Assembly (NCBI GenBank): GCA_002412545.1
Contig: DHVG01000002.1
Location: forward strand, 241,872-305,871
Source: Elusimicrobia bacterium UBA5214
GTDB lineage: Bacteria > Elusimicrobiota > UBA5214
Length of the DNA stretch: 64,000 nt
Direction: 5' to 3'
The notes beneath the pieces are model-generated. The model had not been told where the DNA came from and did not search any database. It was given only the letters and a program-made list of their open reading frames with translations. A program made the position numbers and the translations under genes. Below are positions 26,833 to 36,192 of this stretch, piece after piece. Each line of letters starts with the position of its first letter. Within the stretch, counting starts at the first letter, position 1.

Positions 26833-28353
26833 TTATTTAAGAAAAGTAATTGCTTCTTGTGCTAAGTTAGCGAAAGGTGAAGGATACAAACCGATAAAAA
26901 TTATTACCAGAAGGACGATAACTACCGCGGTGGTCAAGAAGGGGGAAAAGTAACTTTTCTTTACCGTGGGATTTACTTCTCGTAAACCCCGTAAAGAATT
27001 ATACGGGGCACGAGACTTTTCGTCTAAAGTAAGATTTGCTGTTTCCGTCTTTACTGAATACATTTGTTGGATAATTTTGAAATAATAAGAAAGAGAAAAA
27101 ACGCTATTCAACACACCGACTACTGCTAACCAGGTGTAACCACTGCGTACCGCTGCACTGAATAAATAGAGTTTACCCATAAATCCGGCTAACGGTGGTA
27201 CACCGGCTAAAGAAAGTAAAAAGAAAACCATAGTTACAGCAAAGAAAGGAAACCTTTGGTTGAATCCAGCAAAATCTTCTATCAATTCACCTTCTTTAGA
27301 GTTAGCGATGACAATCGCAAAAACACCAAGATTAGCGAAAAGATAAACAAAAAGGTAAAAAAGCATACTTGAAAGTGCTAACCTATCCGCAACTGCTAAA
27401 CCAACTAAAAGATAGCCAGTATGAGCAATACTTGAGTAAGCAAGCATCCGTTTAACATTCTGCTGCATTAAAGCCAAGAGATTACCTACGGTCATACTTG
27501 CTACTGAAAGGAGAGCAAAGATGGTCATCCATTGTAATTTAAACGGAGAAAAAATGGTAAGAAATATTCTTAGAATAATAGCAAAACCAGCAATTTTTGG
27601 TCCGACCGAAAGATAAGCAGTAACCGGTGTTGGTGCACCTTCATAAGCATCAGGTAGACGGAAATGGAATGGCACAGCAGCAATTTTTATTCCCAAACCA
27701 AAAATAACGAAACTCATGGAGAGAAAAATAAGTGGTTGCTCAAGAAGGAATAATTTCTTTGCCATTTCTTGAAGATTTGTTGTTCCGGTAAGACCGTAAA
27801 GGAAAGAAAAACCATAGAGCATCGTTACCGAACCTAAAATACCTAAAAGAAAATACTTTACTGCTCCTTCGGTTGATTTAGGATTATTCCTATCTAACCC
27901 AGCTAAAATATAAGTAGGGATAGAGCATAATTCCAAAGCAATGTAAATGCTGACGAGGTCGTTAGCACTGATAACAAAAAATGTCCCGATAAGAGATAAA
28001 AAGAGTAAAATATAATATTCATTTTGATACCTACTCTGCTGGAAGAAGTCAGCAGAAATCAGAACAACTAATAATCCAGTAAACAGAATTGGTAAGCGTA
28101 AAAAAAGAGTCAATTCATCAATACTAAATATTCTTTGGAGGGAAACAAATCCCAGATTAATGAATTGTAAAGAAATGACTAAAGAAACGATAAGTCCAAT
28201 TAGTCCCAAATATATAGAGGTGGTAATTCCTTGAAATGATTCTTCTTCTTTGGAGAAGAATACCATCCGTAAGAGTAGATACAAGGTTGTAATGACTACA
28301 GTTATTTCCGGAAGATAGACAAAAGAATCCAAATCAAATATTCCAATTTTCAT
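26833..28353 (-). CDS. nuoN: NADH-quinone oxidoreductase subunit N-like antiporter subunit
   Basis: Proton-antiporter M-family fold (KRMLAYSSIAHTGY). Terminal position after the L and M homologs. Confidence 0.8.
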   Translation of the reverse strand: MKIGIFDLDSFVYLPEITVVITTLYLLLRMVFFSKEEESFQGITTSIYLGLIGLIVSLVISLQFINLGFVSLQRIFSIDELTLFLRLPILFTGLLVVLISADFFQQSRYQNEYYILLFLSLIGTFFVISANDLVSIYIALELCSIPTYILAGLDRNNPKSTEGAVKYFLLGILGSVTMLYGFSFLYGLTGTTNLQEMAKKLFLLEQPLIFLSMSFVIFGLGIKIAAVPFHFRLPDAYEGAPTPVTAYLSVGPKIAGFAIILRIFLTIFSPFKLQWMTIFALLSVASMTVGNLLALMQQNVKRMLAYSSIAHTGYLLVGLAVADRLALSSMLFYLFVYLFANLGVFAIVIANSKEGELIEDFAGFNQRFPFFAVTMVFFLLSLAGVPPLAGFMGKLYLFSAAVRSGYTWLAVVGVLNSVFSLSYYFKIIQQMYSVKTETANLTLDEKSRAPYNSLRGLREVNPTVKKSYFSPFLTTAVVIVLLVIIFIGLYPSPFANLAQEAITFLK

Positions 28354-28368
28354 ATTACTATTTTTTCA

Positions 28369-29907
28369 TCATTTAACGACGATTTCCAATAAAGATGTAA
28401 CCGCTGGATTGATAAAATTCAAAATTGGTGCCGGGTAAAGTCCAAGAATCAGAACAATCACCATCAAAGGGATGAAAACAATCCATTCTCTTAGAGTTAA
28501 TCCACCAGGACCTTTATAATTTCCTTGACCCAGTTGGAGAAGGTTAATCCGAATAATCAGACGCAGAAAATAAATTATCGTTAGAATCATACCCGGGATG
28601 ACTAGAATGATAAGAATTTTGCTTAGCCAAGTAGATTGAAAAACTCCTAACAAAACCATAAATTCGTTAATGAAATTACTTAATCCGGGTAAGCCCAGTG
28701 CGGTTAGGGCGGCAAAAGTCAATATCCCGCTTAGAGAAGGTAACCAGAAAGATGTTCCCTCAAGTTCTTTTATTTCCCAGGTTTGTCTTCTTTCACTGAT
28801 TACACTACTTGAGAGAAAGAGCAGACCAATAATTATCCCGTGATTAAACATTCCTAAGACGGCACCGTTTAGACCACTTACCGTACCTGCAGCAATACCC
28901 AAAATGATATACCCCATATGACTTAAACTTGAATAAGCAATTAACCTTTTTAAATCTTTTTGAGCCATTGCTACTATTGCGCCATAGACGATGTTTACTA
29001 TTCCCAGAATTGCCAAAGGGGTGGCAAATAGTCGTAAAGCATCAGGTAATATTGGTAAGACAATCCGGATAAATCCGTAAGTCCCCATCTTTGCTAGTAT
29101 TCCTGCGAGAAATACGCTTCCGGCAATTGGTGCTTCAGTATAAGCATCGGGTAACCAGGTATGAAAAGGGAATAGTGGCACCTTAAAGGCAAAGCCAATA
29201 AATAAAGCAAGAAAAAATAAAGCTTGAAGATTAAGAGGGAACTTACATCTTGCGATATCCAAAATACTGAAAGTATTCAATCTCGCTGAAAAATACATTC
29301 CAAGAATTCCAATGAGCATAATTACACTACCAAAAAGTGTATAAAGAAGAAACTTTAACGCTGCATATTCTTTTCTTGGTCCACCCCAGATACTAATCAG
29401 GAAATACATTGGTACAAGAACCCATTCCCAAAAAATATAGAAGAGGATAAAGTCAAGAGCAAGAAATAAACCGAGTGCACCGGTTTCAAGGAGAAGCAAA
29501 AGGATAAAAAATGCTTTTACCCGATACGCAAGATTCCAGGAGAAAACTACTACCAATAAGCCGAGGAGCGAACCTAAAAATAACAAAGGAAGACTTATGC
29601 CATCAACCCCTAAGTGATATTCAATCCCCACATTCTTAATCCAAGTATACCTTTCTACGAATTGCATACTTGTATTGCTGTCGGTCAGCACCGACTTGCT
29701 GTCGGTCAGCACCGACTTGCTGTCGGTCAGTACCGACTTGCGGTAATCAAAATTTGTCACCACAAAAAGAGTAAGAAGAAATACTGCACAAGTAATAGAA
29801 AGAGAAACGAATTTGATTTCCTTTTCTTTCCTTCCGGAAATTAAGAGGATAAGAATTACACCGAAAATAGGTAAAAGAATGATTGAAGATAAAATAGGTA
29901 AATTCAT
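28369..29907 (-). CDS. nuoM: NADH-quinone oxidoreductase subunit M-like antiporter subunit
   Basis: HTWLPDAYTEAP and KRLIAYSSLSHMGY blocks. Carries an in-frame 3 x 7-aa tandem repeat near the N-terminus. Confidence 0.8.
   Translation of the reverse strand: MNLPILSSIILLPIFGVILILLISGRKEKEIKFVSLSITCAVFLLTLFVVTNFDYRKSVLTDSKSVLTDSKSVLTDSNTSMQFVERYTWIKNVGIEYHLGVDGISLPLLFLGSLLGLLVVVFSWNLAYRVKAFFILLLLLETGALGLFLALDFILFYIFWEWVLVPMYFLISIWGGPRKEYAALKFLLYTLFGSVIMLIGILGMYFSARLNTFSILDIARCKFPLNLQALFFLALFIGFAFKVPLFPFHTWLPDAYTEAPIAGSVFLAGILAKMGTYGFIRIVLPILPDALRLFATPLAILGIVNIVYGAIVAMAQKDLKRLIAYSSLSHMGYIILGIAAGTVSGLNGAVLGMFNHGIIIGLLFLSSSVISERRQTWEIKELEGTSFWLPSLSGILTFAALTALGLPGLSNFINEFMVLLGVFQSTWLSKILIILVIPGMILTIIYFLRLIIRINLLQLGQGNYKGPGGLTLREWIVFIPLMVIVLILGLYPAPILNFINPAVTSLLEIVVK
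29677..29739. repeat. In-frame 21-nt x 3 tandem repeat inside the nuoM-like gene
   Basis: GCTGTCGGTCAGCACCGACTT x3 (one C-to-T change in the last copy) encodes SVLTDSK x3. Each unit contains the inverted pair GTCGGT/ACCGAC. Confidence 0.9.
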
Positions 29908-29910
29908 TTC

Positions 29911-31830
29911 TTACCAGATTAATAAAAGTATAAGAATTACTACCAGTAAACCAACAAAGATTGCTCCCGCGTAGTTTTGCACATAACCGGTCTGTATCTT
30001 TCTTAGTTTTTTGCTTAAGTTGACTATAGAAGAACCAATTCTATTCGCCGCTCCATCAATAACTTCTTTATCAAAAAGATTAACTCTTTCGCTTGTTTCC
30101 ACGATTATCCCGCCACCATTTTTAATCATTTTTTCCACCCGTCCTTCTTCAGCAGTTATCCCCCACGATTCACGGGCGTAAGGGATAAGTTTCTCTATTG
30201 CTAAAGTGTAAGCAGTATCAACTTTAGCGATTAAACTTCGGCATAACCAGATGGAAAAATAAGCAATCTTCCTATAGAAATAGTCAAAATCCAAAGTAAA
30301 GAGTTCATGAGGGGCGAAATATTCCCGGGAAAGGAAGAAAATCAGTAAAGTAACAAGGTAAATTTGTGCCGCACCAACGAGGTTGTGCCCAGAATAAAAG
30401 TGCAGTTCTTCTAAAGGATAAGGAAGAATACTGATTACAAATTTGGGATATATTCCCGTGAGCAAACAGAGAAACGCAACAACAAGCATTGGAATTTGCA
30501 TATTCCAGGGTACTTCTCTAATTTGTGAATAGGTGGATAAGTGGTTAAGTGATTTGTTCTGTCGGAGGAAACCAAAATAGGTAAATTTTAAGAAAGAGAG
30601 CCAGGTACCGACACTGGCAAGTTTAAGAAGCAAATAGACCGTATAATTATGATTATGATGTGCCGCTTCACTGATAATCGTCTTACTGATAAAACCGTTA
30701 AATAGAGGAATCCCGGCAATAGATAGTGAAGCGACTACCGCAGTAATTGTTGTAACCGGCATTCTTTTTGCTAACTGTCCAAGATTACTTAACCTCTCCT
30801 CACCAAGACGATAAATTACTGCCCCGGCAGACATAAAGAGCAGTCCTTTATAAAGAATGTGGTGTAAAGCATGGGCAAGTCCGGCGTTTACACCGAGGTC
30901 GCTACCGAGACCAATTGCGGCAACCATATAACCAACCTGACTGATAATATGGTAGGAAAGAAGTTTACGCATACTGTTTTGCATCAAGGCGAAAGTTACA
31001 CCATAGATTGCCATCAGTGCACCCATATAAGCAACAAAGTTGACCCCGGGGAATAACCGCGCTAAAGCATAGACCGCAGTTTTTGTCGTGTAGACCGACA
31101 TCAAGACACTTGCCGTAAAAGGTGCTTTCGGATAAGCATCTGGTAGCCAGGTATGTAAAAGTATAAAAGCGGCATTTACACCAACCCCGAGCAGAATGAG
31201 AATAAAAGATAATTTTGTTGTCGGTGTAATAAGTAAAAATGAAGCGGGGTCACCAAAAGAGAAAGGCTTCGCCCCGAGGCTCAGCCCGAGGGGACGGTAA
31301 GTAAACTCAATAATTATTCCCGCAAGCAAAAGAAGTCCACCAATGAGGTGAAATATTAAGTAGCGATAACCGGCTTTTAATGATTCCTCTTCACGCTTCA
31401 GCCAGATAAGGAATGTCGGGGCAAGTGCCATTATTTCCCAGAAGATGAAGAAGGTCAAATAATCACCAGCAAATAATACACCTAAGGATGAACCGATATA
31501 AAGAAATGAAAAGACAAAAAATAAATCATCTTCTATTTTGAAAGCATAAATTATGATGAGAAAACCAATCAAAACAAAAATGTAACCCATAAACAAATTC
31601 ATTTTGTCAACATAAAAGAAGATTAATGGTAAATCAAATAGACGAGAAAATTTTACTGTTTGTGGTTTAAGAAGGAAAGTTATAAATAAAGCAAGTAGAG
31701 GTGTAAGAATAATGAAAACCTTACTCAAGGTTTGCTTCCGAGTATGACTTAAGTCCAATGTTTCTCGTTGGCAAACTTTTAAGAATACTAAAATTACTGC
31801 ACCAAAAAGATAAATCAACCCGGGATGCAT
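29911..31830 (-). CDS. nuoL: NADH-quinone oxidoreductase subunit L-like subunit (with C-terminal lateral-helix/anchor region)
   Basis: Antiporter core (HTWLPDAYPKAP, LLSYHIISQVGYM) plus the C-terminal FDKEVIDGAANRIG...LRKIQTGYVQNYAGAIFVGLLVV and a final TM helix. Confidence 0.8.
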   Translation of the reverse strand: MHPGLIYLFGAVILVFLKVCQRETLDLSHTRKQTLSKVFIILTPLLALFITFLLKPQTVKFSRLFDLPLIFFYVDKMNLFMGYIFVLIGFLIIIYAFKIEDDLFFVFSFLYIGSSLGVLFAGDYLTFFIFWEIMALAPTFLIWLKREEESLKAGYRYLIFHLIGGLLLLAGIIIEFTYRPLGLSLGAKPFSFGDPASFLLITPTTKLSFILILLGVGVNAAFILLHTWLPDAYPKAPFTASVLMSVYTTKTAVYALARLFPGVNFVAYMGALMAIYGVTFALMQNSMRKLLSYHIISQVGYMVAAIGLGSDLGVNAGLAHALHHILYKGLLFMSAGAVIYRLGEERLSNLGQLAKRMPVTTITAVVASLSIAGIPLFNGFISKTIISEAAHHNHNYTVYLLLKLASVGTWLSFLKFTYFGFLRQNKSLNHLSTYSQIREVPWNMQIPMLVVAFLCLLTGIYPKFVISILPYPLEELHFYSGHNLVGAAQIYLVTLLIFFLSREYFAPHELFTLDFDYFYRKIAYFSIWLCRSLIAKVDTAYTLAIEKLIPYARESWGITAEEGRVEKMIKNGGGIIVETSERVNLFDKEVIDGAANRIGSSIVNLSKKLRKIQTGYVQNYAGAIFVGLLVVILILLLIW

Positions 31831-31843
31831 CTTTTTCTCCTAT

Positions 31844-32146
31844 TTATGACTTTTGGTCCGAGGTTACATCGGACTTGATAGAATGTTTTTGTTCTTCAAT
31901 AAAATGAGACAAAACCTGAATTACAAAAATAAAATATAAACAACCAAAAATTGCAAGAAATATTTGGTAACCAGGTAGAATTTGCCACCATGGTTCAATT
32001 TGAAGGTTCACCTCTTCAGCAATTTTTTCTATTGCATAAACCCGGTTAGAATTTAACCCAATAAATAATATCAACTTCCAGAGGAAACTTAAAATCCTAA
32101 AAGGTACATACTTTCGTAACATTCTGACCGGGTAAAGATTAAGCAT
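31844..32146 (-). CDS. Small two-TM membrane protein, unknown function
   Basis: ORF embedded co-directionally between antiporter genes with short gaps. Two hydrophobic segments. No recognised family. Confidence 0.4.
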   Translation of the reverse strand: MLNLYPVRMLRKYVPFRILSFLWKLILFIGLNSNRVYAIEKIAEEVNLQIEPWWQILPGYQIFLAIFGCLYFIFVIQVLSHFIEEQKHSIKSDVTSDQKS

Positions 32147-32182
32147 TTGTTTTTCCTTTAAAATATTTTATGTTTACGGCGA

Positions 32183-33679
32183 TTACCTAAAAAAAGTTTC
32201 ACTAATCTGCCGAGTTAAATTCAATAACAATTTTGGATAAATTCCAAAAAATATAGTACACGCTGCAAGCAGAATTAAGGGTATTGCCATAAAGAAATTA
32301 GGGTCAACATTCTTTTGGTAATTGGTGGTTGGTAATTGGTAATTGGTAATCGGAGCAAACCAACCATTGTAAACGATTGGACCATAGTAAATCAAGTTCA
32401 TCAGGCTGCTTAAGAGAAGTATCCCTAAAGCAATTAAACCAGCGGTAGAACTGTAGTAGCCGATTTTTTCTGCTTCAAGAGTACCTAAAGCTAAGTACCA
32501 CTTACTAACGAAACCGTTTAAAGAAGGGAAACCAATCATTGAAAAAGCAAAAAGAGTGAAACAGAGTGTGACAAGGGGCATTCGTTTTCCGATACCACTG
32601 AGGTCTTTAATTTCGCGTAAACCAGTTTGATGAATAAATGTTCCTGCACAGAGAAATAAGCCACCTTTTATAATCGCATGGTTAAAGATATGAATTATTC
32701 CACCAGTTAAACTTAAAGGAGTAATTAAAACTAATCCAAGAATTATATAACCCATCTGGGAAATACTTGAGTACGCAAGCATTTTTTTTATTTCTGTCTG
32801 GGCAATTGCTACCGCTGAACCAAGAAGAATAGTAATTAAAGAAATAACAAACAAACTCGTCAATAACCAAGAATGTGTATAAAAAGATTCCCAGCCAAAA
32901 ACATTATAAATTGTCCTTAAAATTCCATAGCCACCAGCTTTAATCATAATTCCTGAAAGCAAAGCGCTTGCTGGTGAAGGAGCAATTGGATGTGCTTTCG
33001 GTAACCAGACATGTAGAGGAAAGAGACCGGCTTTTATTCCAAAACCAATAATATACCCCCAGAAGATATAAGGCATTAAAGGATGTTCTTTCAAACCCAT
33101 TCCGATGAGGTGAAGTTCTCCGGTATTAGTAATGGCGTAAGTAGCGATTACCGAGAGGAGGAGAATCAATCCCCCGGCGATACCAAGAAAAAGATAGAGG
33201 GTGCCAGCTCGAATTGCTTCTAAAGATTCCTCGTGGATAACTAAAACATAAGCGGCAATCGTAAGAAATTCAAAGAAAATGTATAAAGTCAAAAGGTTAC
33301 CACTAAAAGCCACACCAAGCATTCCCGTAAGTGAAAGTAAAGAAAAAAGGTTATAGCGACCCAGTTCCAAAGTTTCCCGACCCATATATTCAATACTGTA
33401 AATACTTGCTAACATCCAGAGGAATGCACTGATTAAACCAATAAGGAAACTGAGTGCATCCACACGTAGATAAAGATTTATTCCGATTCCCGGGTTCCAC
33501 ATTCCCGAGGTAACAACTTCATTTGCTCTAATCTTTGGATAAAGTGAAACCGTAGCAAAAAAACAGAGAAGACAAACTAATGCTACGAAGAAACTGCTTT
33601 TTCCTCGTTTTGTTTTTTCTATCTGAGGAACGAGAAAAGCAGAAAAAAAAGGTAAAAAAACAATCAATACTGGTAACAT
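32183..33679 (-). CDS. MrpD/NuoM-like antiporter subunit (extra copy, paralog of 44409-45959)
   Basis: HVWLPKAHPIAPSPASALLSG and KKMLAYSSISQMGY. Long stretches are shared with the 516-aa Mrp-cluster gene. Confidence 0.85.
   Translation of the reverse strand: MLPVLIVFLPFFSAFLVPQIEKTKRGKSSFFVALVCLLCFFATVSLYPKIRANEVVTSGMWNPGIGINLYLRVDALSFLIGLISAFLWMLASIYSIEYMGRETLELGRYNLFSLLSLTGMLGVAFSGNLLTLYIFFEFLTIAAYVLVIHEESLEAIRAGTLYLFLGIAGGLILLLSVIATYAITNTGELHLIGMGLKEHPLMPYIFWGYIIGFGIKAGLFPLHVWLPKAHPIAPSPASALLSGIMIKAGGYGILRTIYNVFGWESFYTHSWLLTSLFVISLITILLGSAVAIAQTEIKKMLAYSSISQMGYIILGLVLITPLSLTGGIIHIFNHAIIKGGLFLCAGTFIHQTGLREIKDLSGIGKRMPLVTLCFTLFAFSMIGFPSLNGFVSKWYLALGTLEAEKIGYYSSTAGLIALGILLLSSLMNLIYYGPIVYNGWFAPITNYQLPTTNYQKNVDPNFFMAIPLILLAACTIFFGIYPKLLLNLTRQISETFFR
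32325..32359. repeat. In-frame heptamer array TTGGTAA/TTGGTGG x5 inside an MrpD-like gene
   Basis: Encodes PITNYQLPTTNYQ in the loop before the last TM helix. See 25267-25301. Confidence 0.8.
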
Positions 33680-33689
33680 CCCAATTTCT

Positions 33690-33876
33690 CCCTAAAATAC
33701 CAAATCTCAAATTCCAAATAACAAACAATATTTAAGTTTTAAACTCCAAATTTCAAACATTAAGGTTCTCTCTTCTAAGTCATAGTGTTTTGAATTTGGA
33801 ATTTGAGTATTAGATATTGTTTGTAATTTGTGGTTTGGAGATTGTGATTTGGTGCTTGGAACTTGTAATTTATCCA
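33690..33876. repeat. Deletion derivative of the four-helix-bundle element between two MrpD-like genes
   Basis: 33775-33860 aligns with 23826-23900 (GTCATAnTGTTTTGAATTTGnAATTTGAnnATTAGATATTGTTTG...). 33700-33760 aligns with 23450-23513. About 375 bp of ORF are missing. Confidence 0.7.
33707..33876 (-). pseudogene. Remnant of a four-helix-bundle gene (N-terminal ~36 codons only) inside a repeat element
   Basis: Translates to ...LQVPSTKSQSPNHKLQTISNTQIPNSKHYDLEERT, which parallels NSKLQAPNSKSQTISNVQIANSKHYDLEERT of the intact gene at 23514-23918. It then breaks off. Confidence 0.6.
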
Positions 33877-35376
33877 TTATTTGAAGAACTCCGCTACTAT
33901 TGCTTTCGCTAAAATATGTGGTGCTCCTCCCCAAATACCAAAAATCAATGAAATAAATGCTACCGTTAAAATTGGAATAAGCATACTTAATCGTAATTCC
34001 AATTTCAGATTGCCGATTTCAGATTGCAGATTTTTGGAATTAGGAATTAGAAATTTGGAATTTGCAATCTCCGATTTAAAATAGGCGTAAACGATTGGGG
34101 GAAGAAAAAAACCCAACTCAATGAAACTACTTAAAAGATAGATAAAAACAAAACCGAATTGTCCGAGAGTAAAATATGTCTTTACTAAATAGAATTTACT
34201 TACCCAGCCAGCTACCGGTGGTAAGCCAACAATTCCCCAGGCACCGATAGCAAAAGCAAAACAGGTTAAAGGCATAAATTTTGCTAACCCAGCCATTTCT
34301 TTAATCATACTTTTACCAGTTTGTTTAATAATTGCTCCTGCAGTATAAAACAAAGTTATTTTCATAAATGAATGATAAACAAAATGGAGCAATGCGGCAA
34401 ATAAACCTAATGGATTAGCCGAAGCGGCACCAAGAATAACAAAACTTAACTGGTTTATTGTTGAATAGGCAAGCATTCTTTTTATTTTTGTCTGCCGTAG
34501 GGCGGTAAATGCGGCGATGAGGATAGTAATTGATGCCCAAATACCTAAGACCAAATTTAAATTTAACTGACGGAATAAATCTGCACCGAAAACGCAGTAA
34601 ATTGTGCGAATAATCCCAAAGAGTCCCACTTTAACTACGGCAACCGCATGAAGTAACGCACTAATTGGTGTAGGTGCAATCATCGCTCGTGGCAACCACG
34701 AATGTAAAGGCATTAATGTTGACTTAAATCCAAAGCCGAGCATAAACAAAATAAACAGTAGATAAAGTGTATTTCTATTTTGACCACCTAATTCAGAAAT
34801 ACCAGTGGGAGTAAAACTAATATTGCCACCGGTTAGTTTATAGGTTAAAAATATAGCGAAAAGGAGCGTCAACCCACCAGTGAGAAGATAAACAAAATAG
34901 ATTACTCCGGCACGGAATGCTTCTTCAGTTTCTTCATGAATTACCAGTGGATAGACGACATAAGTTAAAAGTTCATAAAAAATAAACAAAGTTAATAAAT
35001 TAGCGGCAAAGACTATTCCTAATGTAGCAGTAAGTGCAAAAGTTAGACAGGCAAAATAGCGTGTCTGCTGATGTTCTCCGGACATATAACCAAATGAATA
35101 AAGTTCAGTGAAAATCCATAAGAAACTTACTAATAAACCCATAAAGAGACCAAATTTGTCAACTTGAAATTGTAATACAAAAAGTGGTGTTTCTACAAGA
35201 GTGAAAGATGGATAAATACCAGCAAGGACTCCCTTGGTAATCCTTAAAACAAGAATAAAATCAAATAAACAGGTAAGAATAATAATACCGTTCCGCAAAG
35301 ATTTATTTCTTTCTCCAATAAGAATAATAAAAATTGTTGCTAAAACAGGAGTAAGTAGAGAAAATAGTATTAACAT
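33877..35376 (-). CDS. MrpD/NuoN-like antiporter subunit (extra copy, paralog of 46709-48205)
   Basis: HSWLPRAMIAPTPISALLHA and KRMLAYSTINQLSF. About 90 of 139 residues are identical to the 498-aa Mrp-cluster gene in a hand-compared N-terminal stretch. Confidence 0.85.
   Translation of the reverse strand: MLILFSLLTPVLATIFIILIGERNKSLRNGIIILTCLFDFILVLRITKGVLAGIYPSFTLVETPLFVLQFQVDKFGLFMGLLVSFLWIFTELYSFGYMSGEHQQTRYFACLTFALTATLGIVFAANLLTLFIFYELLTYVVYPLVIHEETEEAFRAGVIYFVYLLTGGLTLLFAIFLTYKLTGGNISFTPTGISELGGQNRNTLYLLFILFMLGFGFKSTLMPLHSWLPRAMIAPTPISALLHAVAVVKVGLFGIIRTIYCVFGADLFRQLNLNLVLGIWASITILIAAFTALRQTKIKRMLAYSTINQLSFVILGAASANPLGLFAALLHFVYHSFMKITLFYTAGAIIKQTGKSMIKEMAGLAKFMPLTCFAFAIGAWGIVGLPPVAGWVSKFYLVKTYFTLGQFGFVFIYLLSSFIELGFFLPPIVYAYFKSEIANSKFLIPNSKNLQSEIGNLKLELRLSMLIPILTVAFISLIFGIWGGAPHILAKAIVAEFFK
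33995..34077. repeat. In-frame heptamer arrays (NNNGATT x4, then TTNGNAA x5) inside an MrpD-like gene
   Basis: Encodes SEIANSKFLIPNSKNLQSEIGNLKLE in the loop before the last TM helix. AATTCCAAA word family. Confidence 0.75.
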
Positions 35377-35377
35377 A

Positions 35378-35686
35378 TTATCCTTTTAATAAATTTACTT
35401 TATCAATATATAAAGTGCCAAAATTACGGACAAGAACAAAAATCAAAGCGAAACCTATTGCCGCTTCGGTAGCTGCTAAAGTAATGATAAATAAAGCAAA
35501 CATCTGTCCAGAAAGATTTAAAGGTTCAAATAATTGAGAAAAAGCAACCAGGTTTATATTTACCGAGTTAAGCATCAGTTCAATTGACATTAATATACCG
35601 ATGGCATTACGCCGGGTTAAAACACCATAAATACCAATTACAAAAAGTAATGCACTCAAAATTAAATAATGATATACAGTAATCAA
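35378..35686 (-). CDS. nuoK: NADH-quinone oxidoreductase subunit K
   Basis: About 100 aa and 3 TM, with the GVLTRRNAIGILMSIELMLNSVNINLVAF block. 4-nt overlap with nuoJ. Confidence 0.9.
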   Translation of the reverse strand: MITVYHYLILSALLFVIGIYGVLTRRNAIGILMSIELMLNSVNINLVAFSQLFEPLNLSGQMFALFIITLAATEAAIGFALIFVLVRNFGTLYIDKVNLLKG

Positions 35687-36192
35687 TTCTTCTCCTCCCG
35701 AGTTAAAATTGCTACTCCTACGATAGTGGAGAGAAAAATTAATGATAGTAATTCAATTACGATTAAATAATTGCCAAAAATTAGTTTAGCAAAAGAAATA
35801 ATTTCTCTTGGTTGAGGAAAGATAAATTTAGTGCTCAGCACAAGAAAAGTTACCATAAAGACAAAAAGTAAAAGCCCACCTAAAGAGAAAACAATTAATA
35901 AAGCCGGTATTTTCTGTTCGCTACTTTGTTTTTCTTGTGGGTCAGCAATATTTGGTGTAAGCATTATTCCAAAAAGAACCAGCACAACCACTCCGCCAAC
36001 ATAAAGAAGGATTTGACTTGCAGCAACAAAATGTGCGTTAAGATGGAAATATAATCCCCCGATAGTGAAAAAAAACAATCCTAAAGCAAGCACATTACGG
36101 AAAAGATTTTTACCACTTACTACAACTAAAGCACTAATTACTGTAATGAGAGCAAAAAAATAAAAACTAACTGCATGAATTATTTTAGCCAT
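35683..36192 (-). CDS. nuoJ: NADH-quinone oxidoreductase subunit J
   Basis: Size, TM pattern and position between I and K. The VAASQILLYVGGVVVLVLF block is typical. Confidence 0.85.
   Translation of the reverse strand: MAKIIHAVSFYFFALITVISALVVVSGKNLFRNVLALGLFFFTIGGLYFHLNAHFVAASQILLYVGGVVVLVLFGIMLTPNIADPQEKQSSEQKIPALLIVFSLGGLLLFVFMVTFLVLSTKFIFPQPREIISFAKLIFGNYLIVIELLSLIFLSTIVGVAILTREEKN

Noticed and set aside
33528-33934. Track ORFs 33528-33728 and 33707-33934 as genes
   Set aside because: The first overlaps the start of the antiporter gene out of frame. The second is the truncated four-helix-bundle remnant running into repeat DNA.
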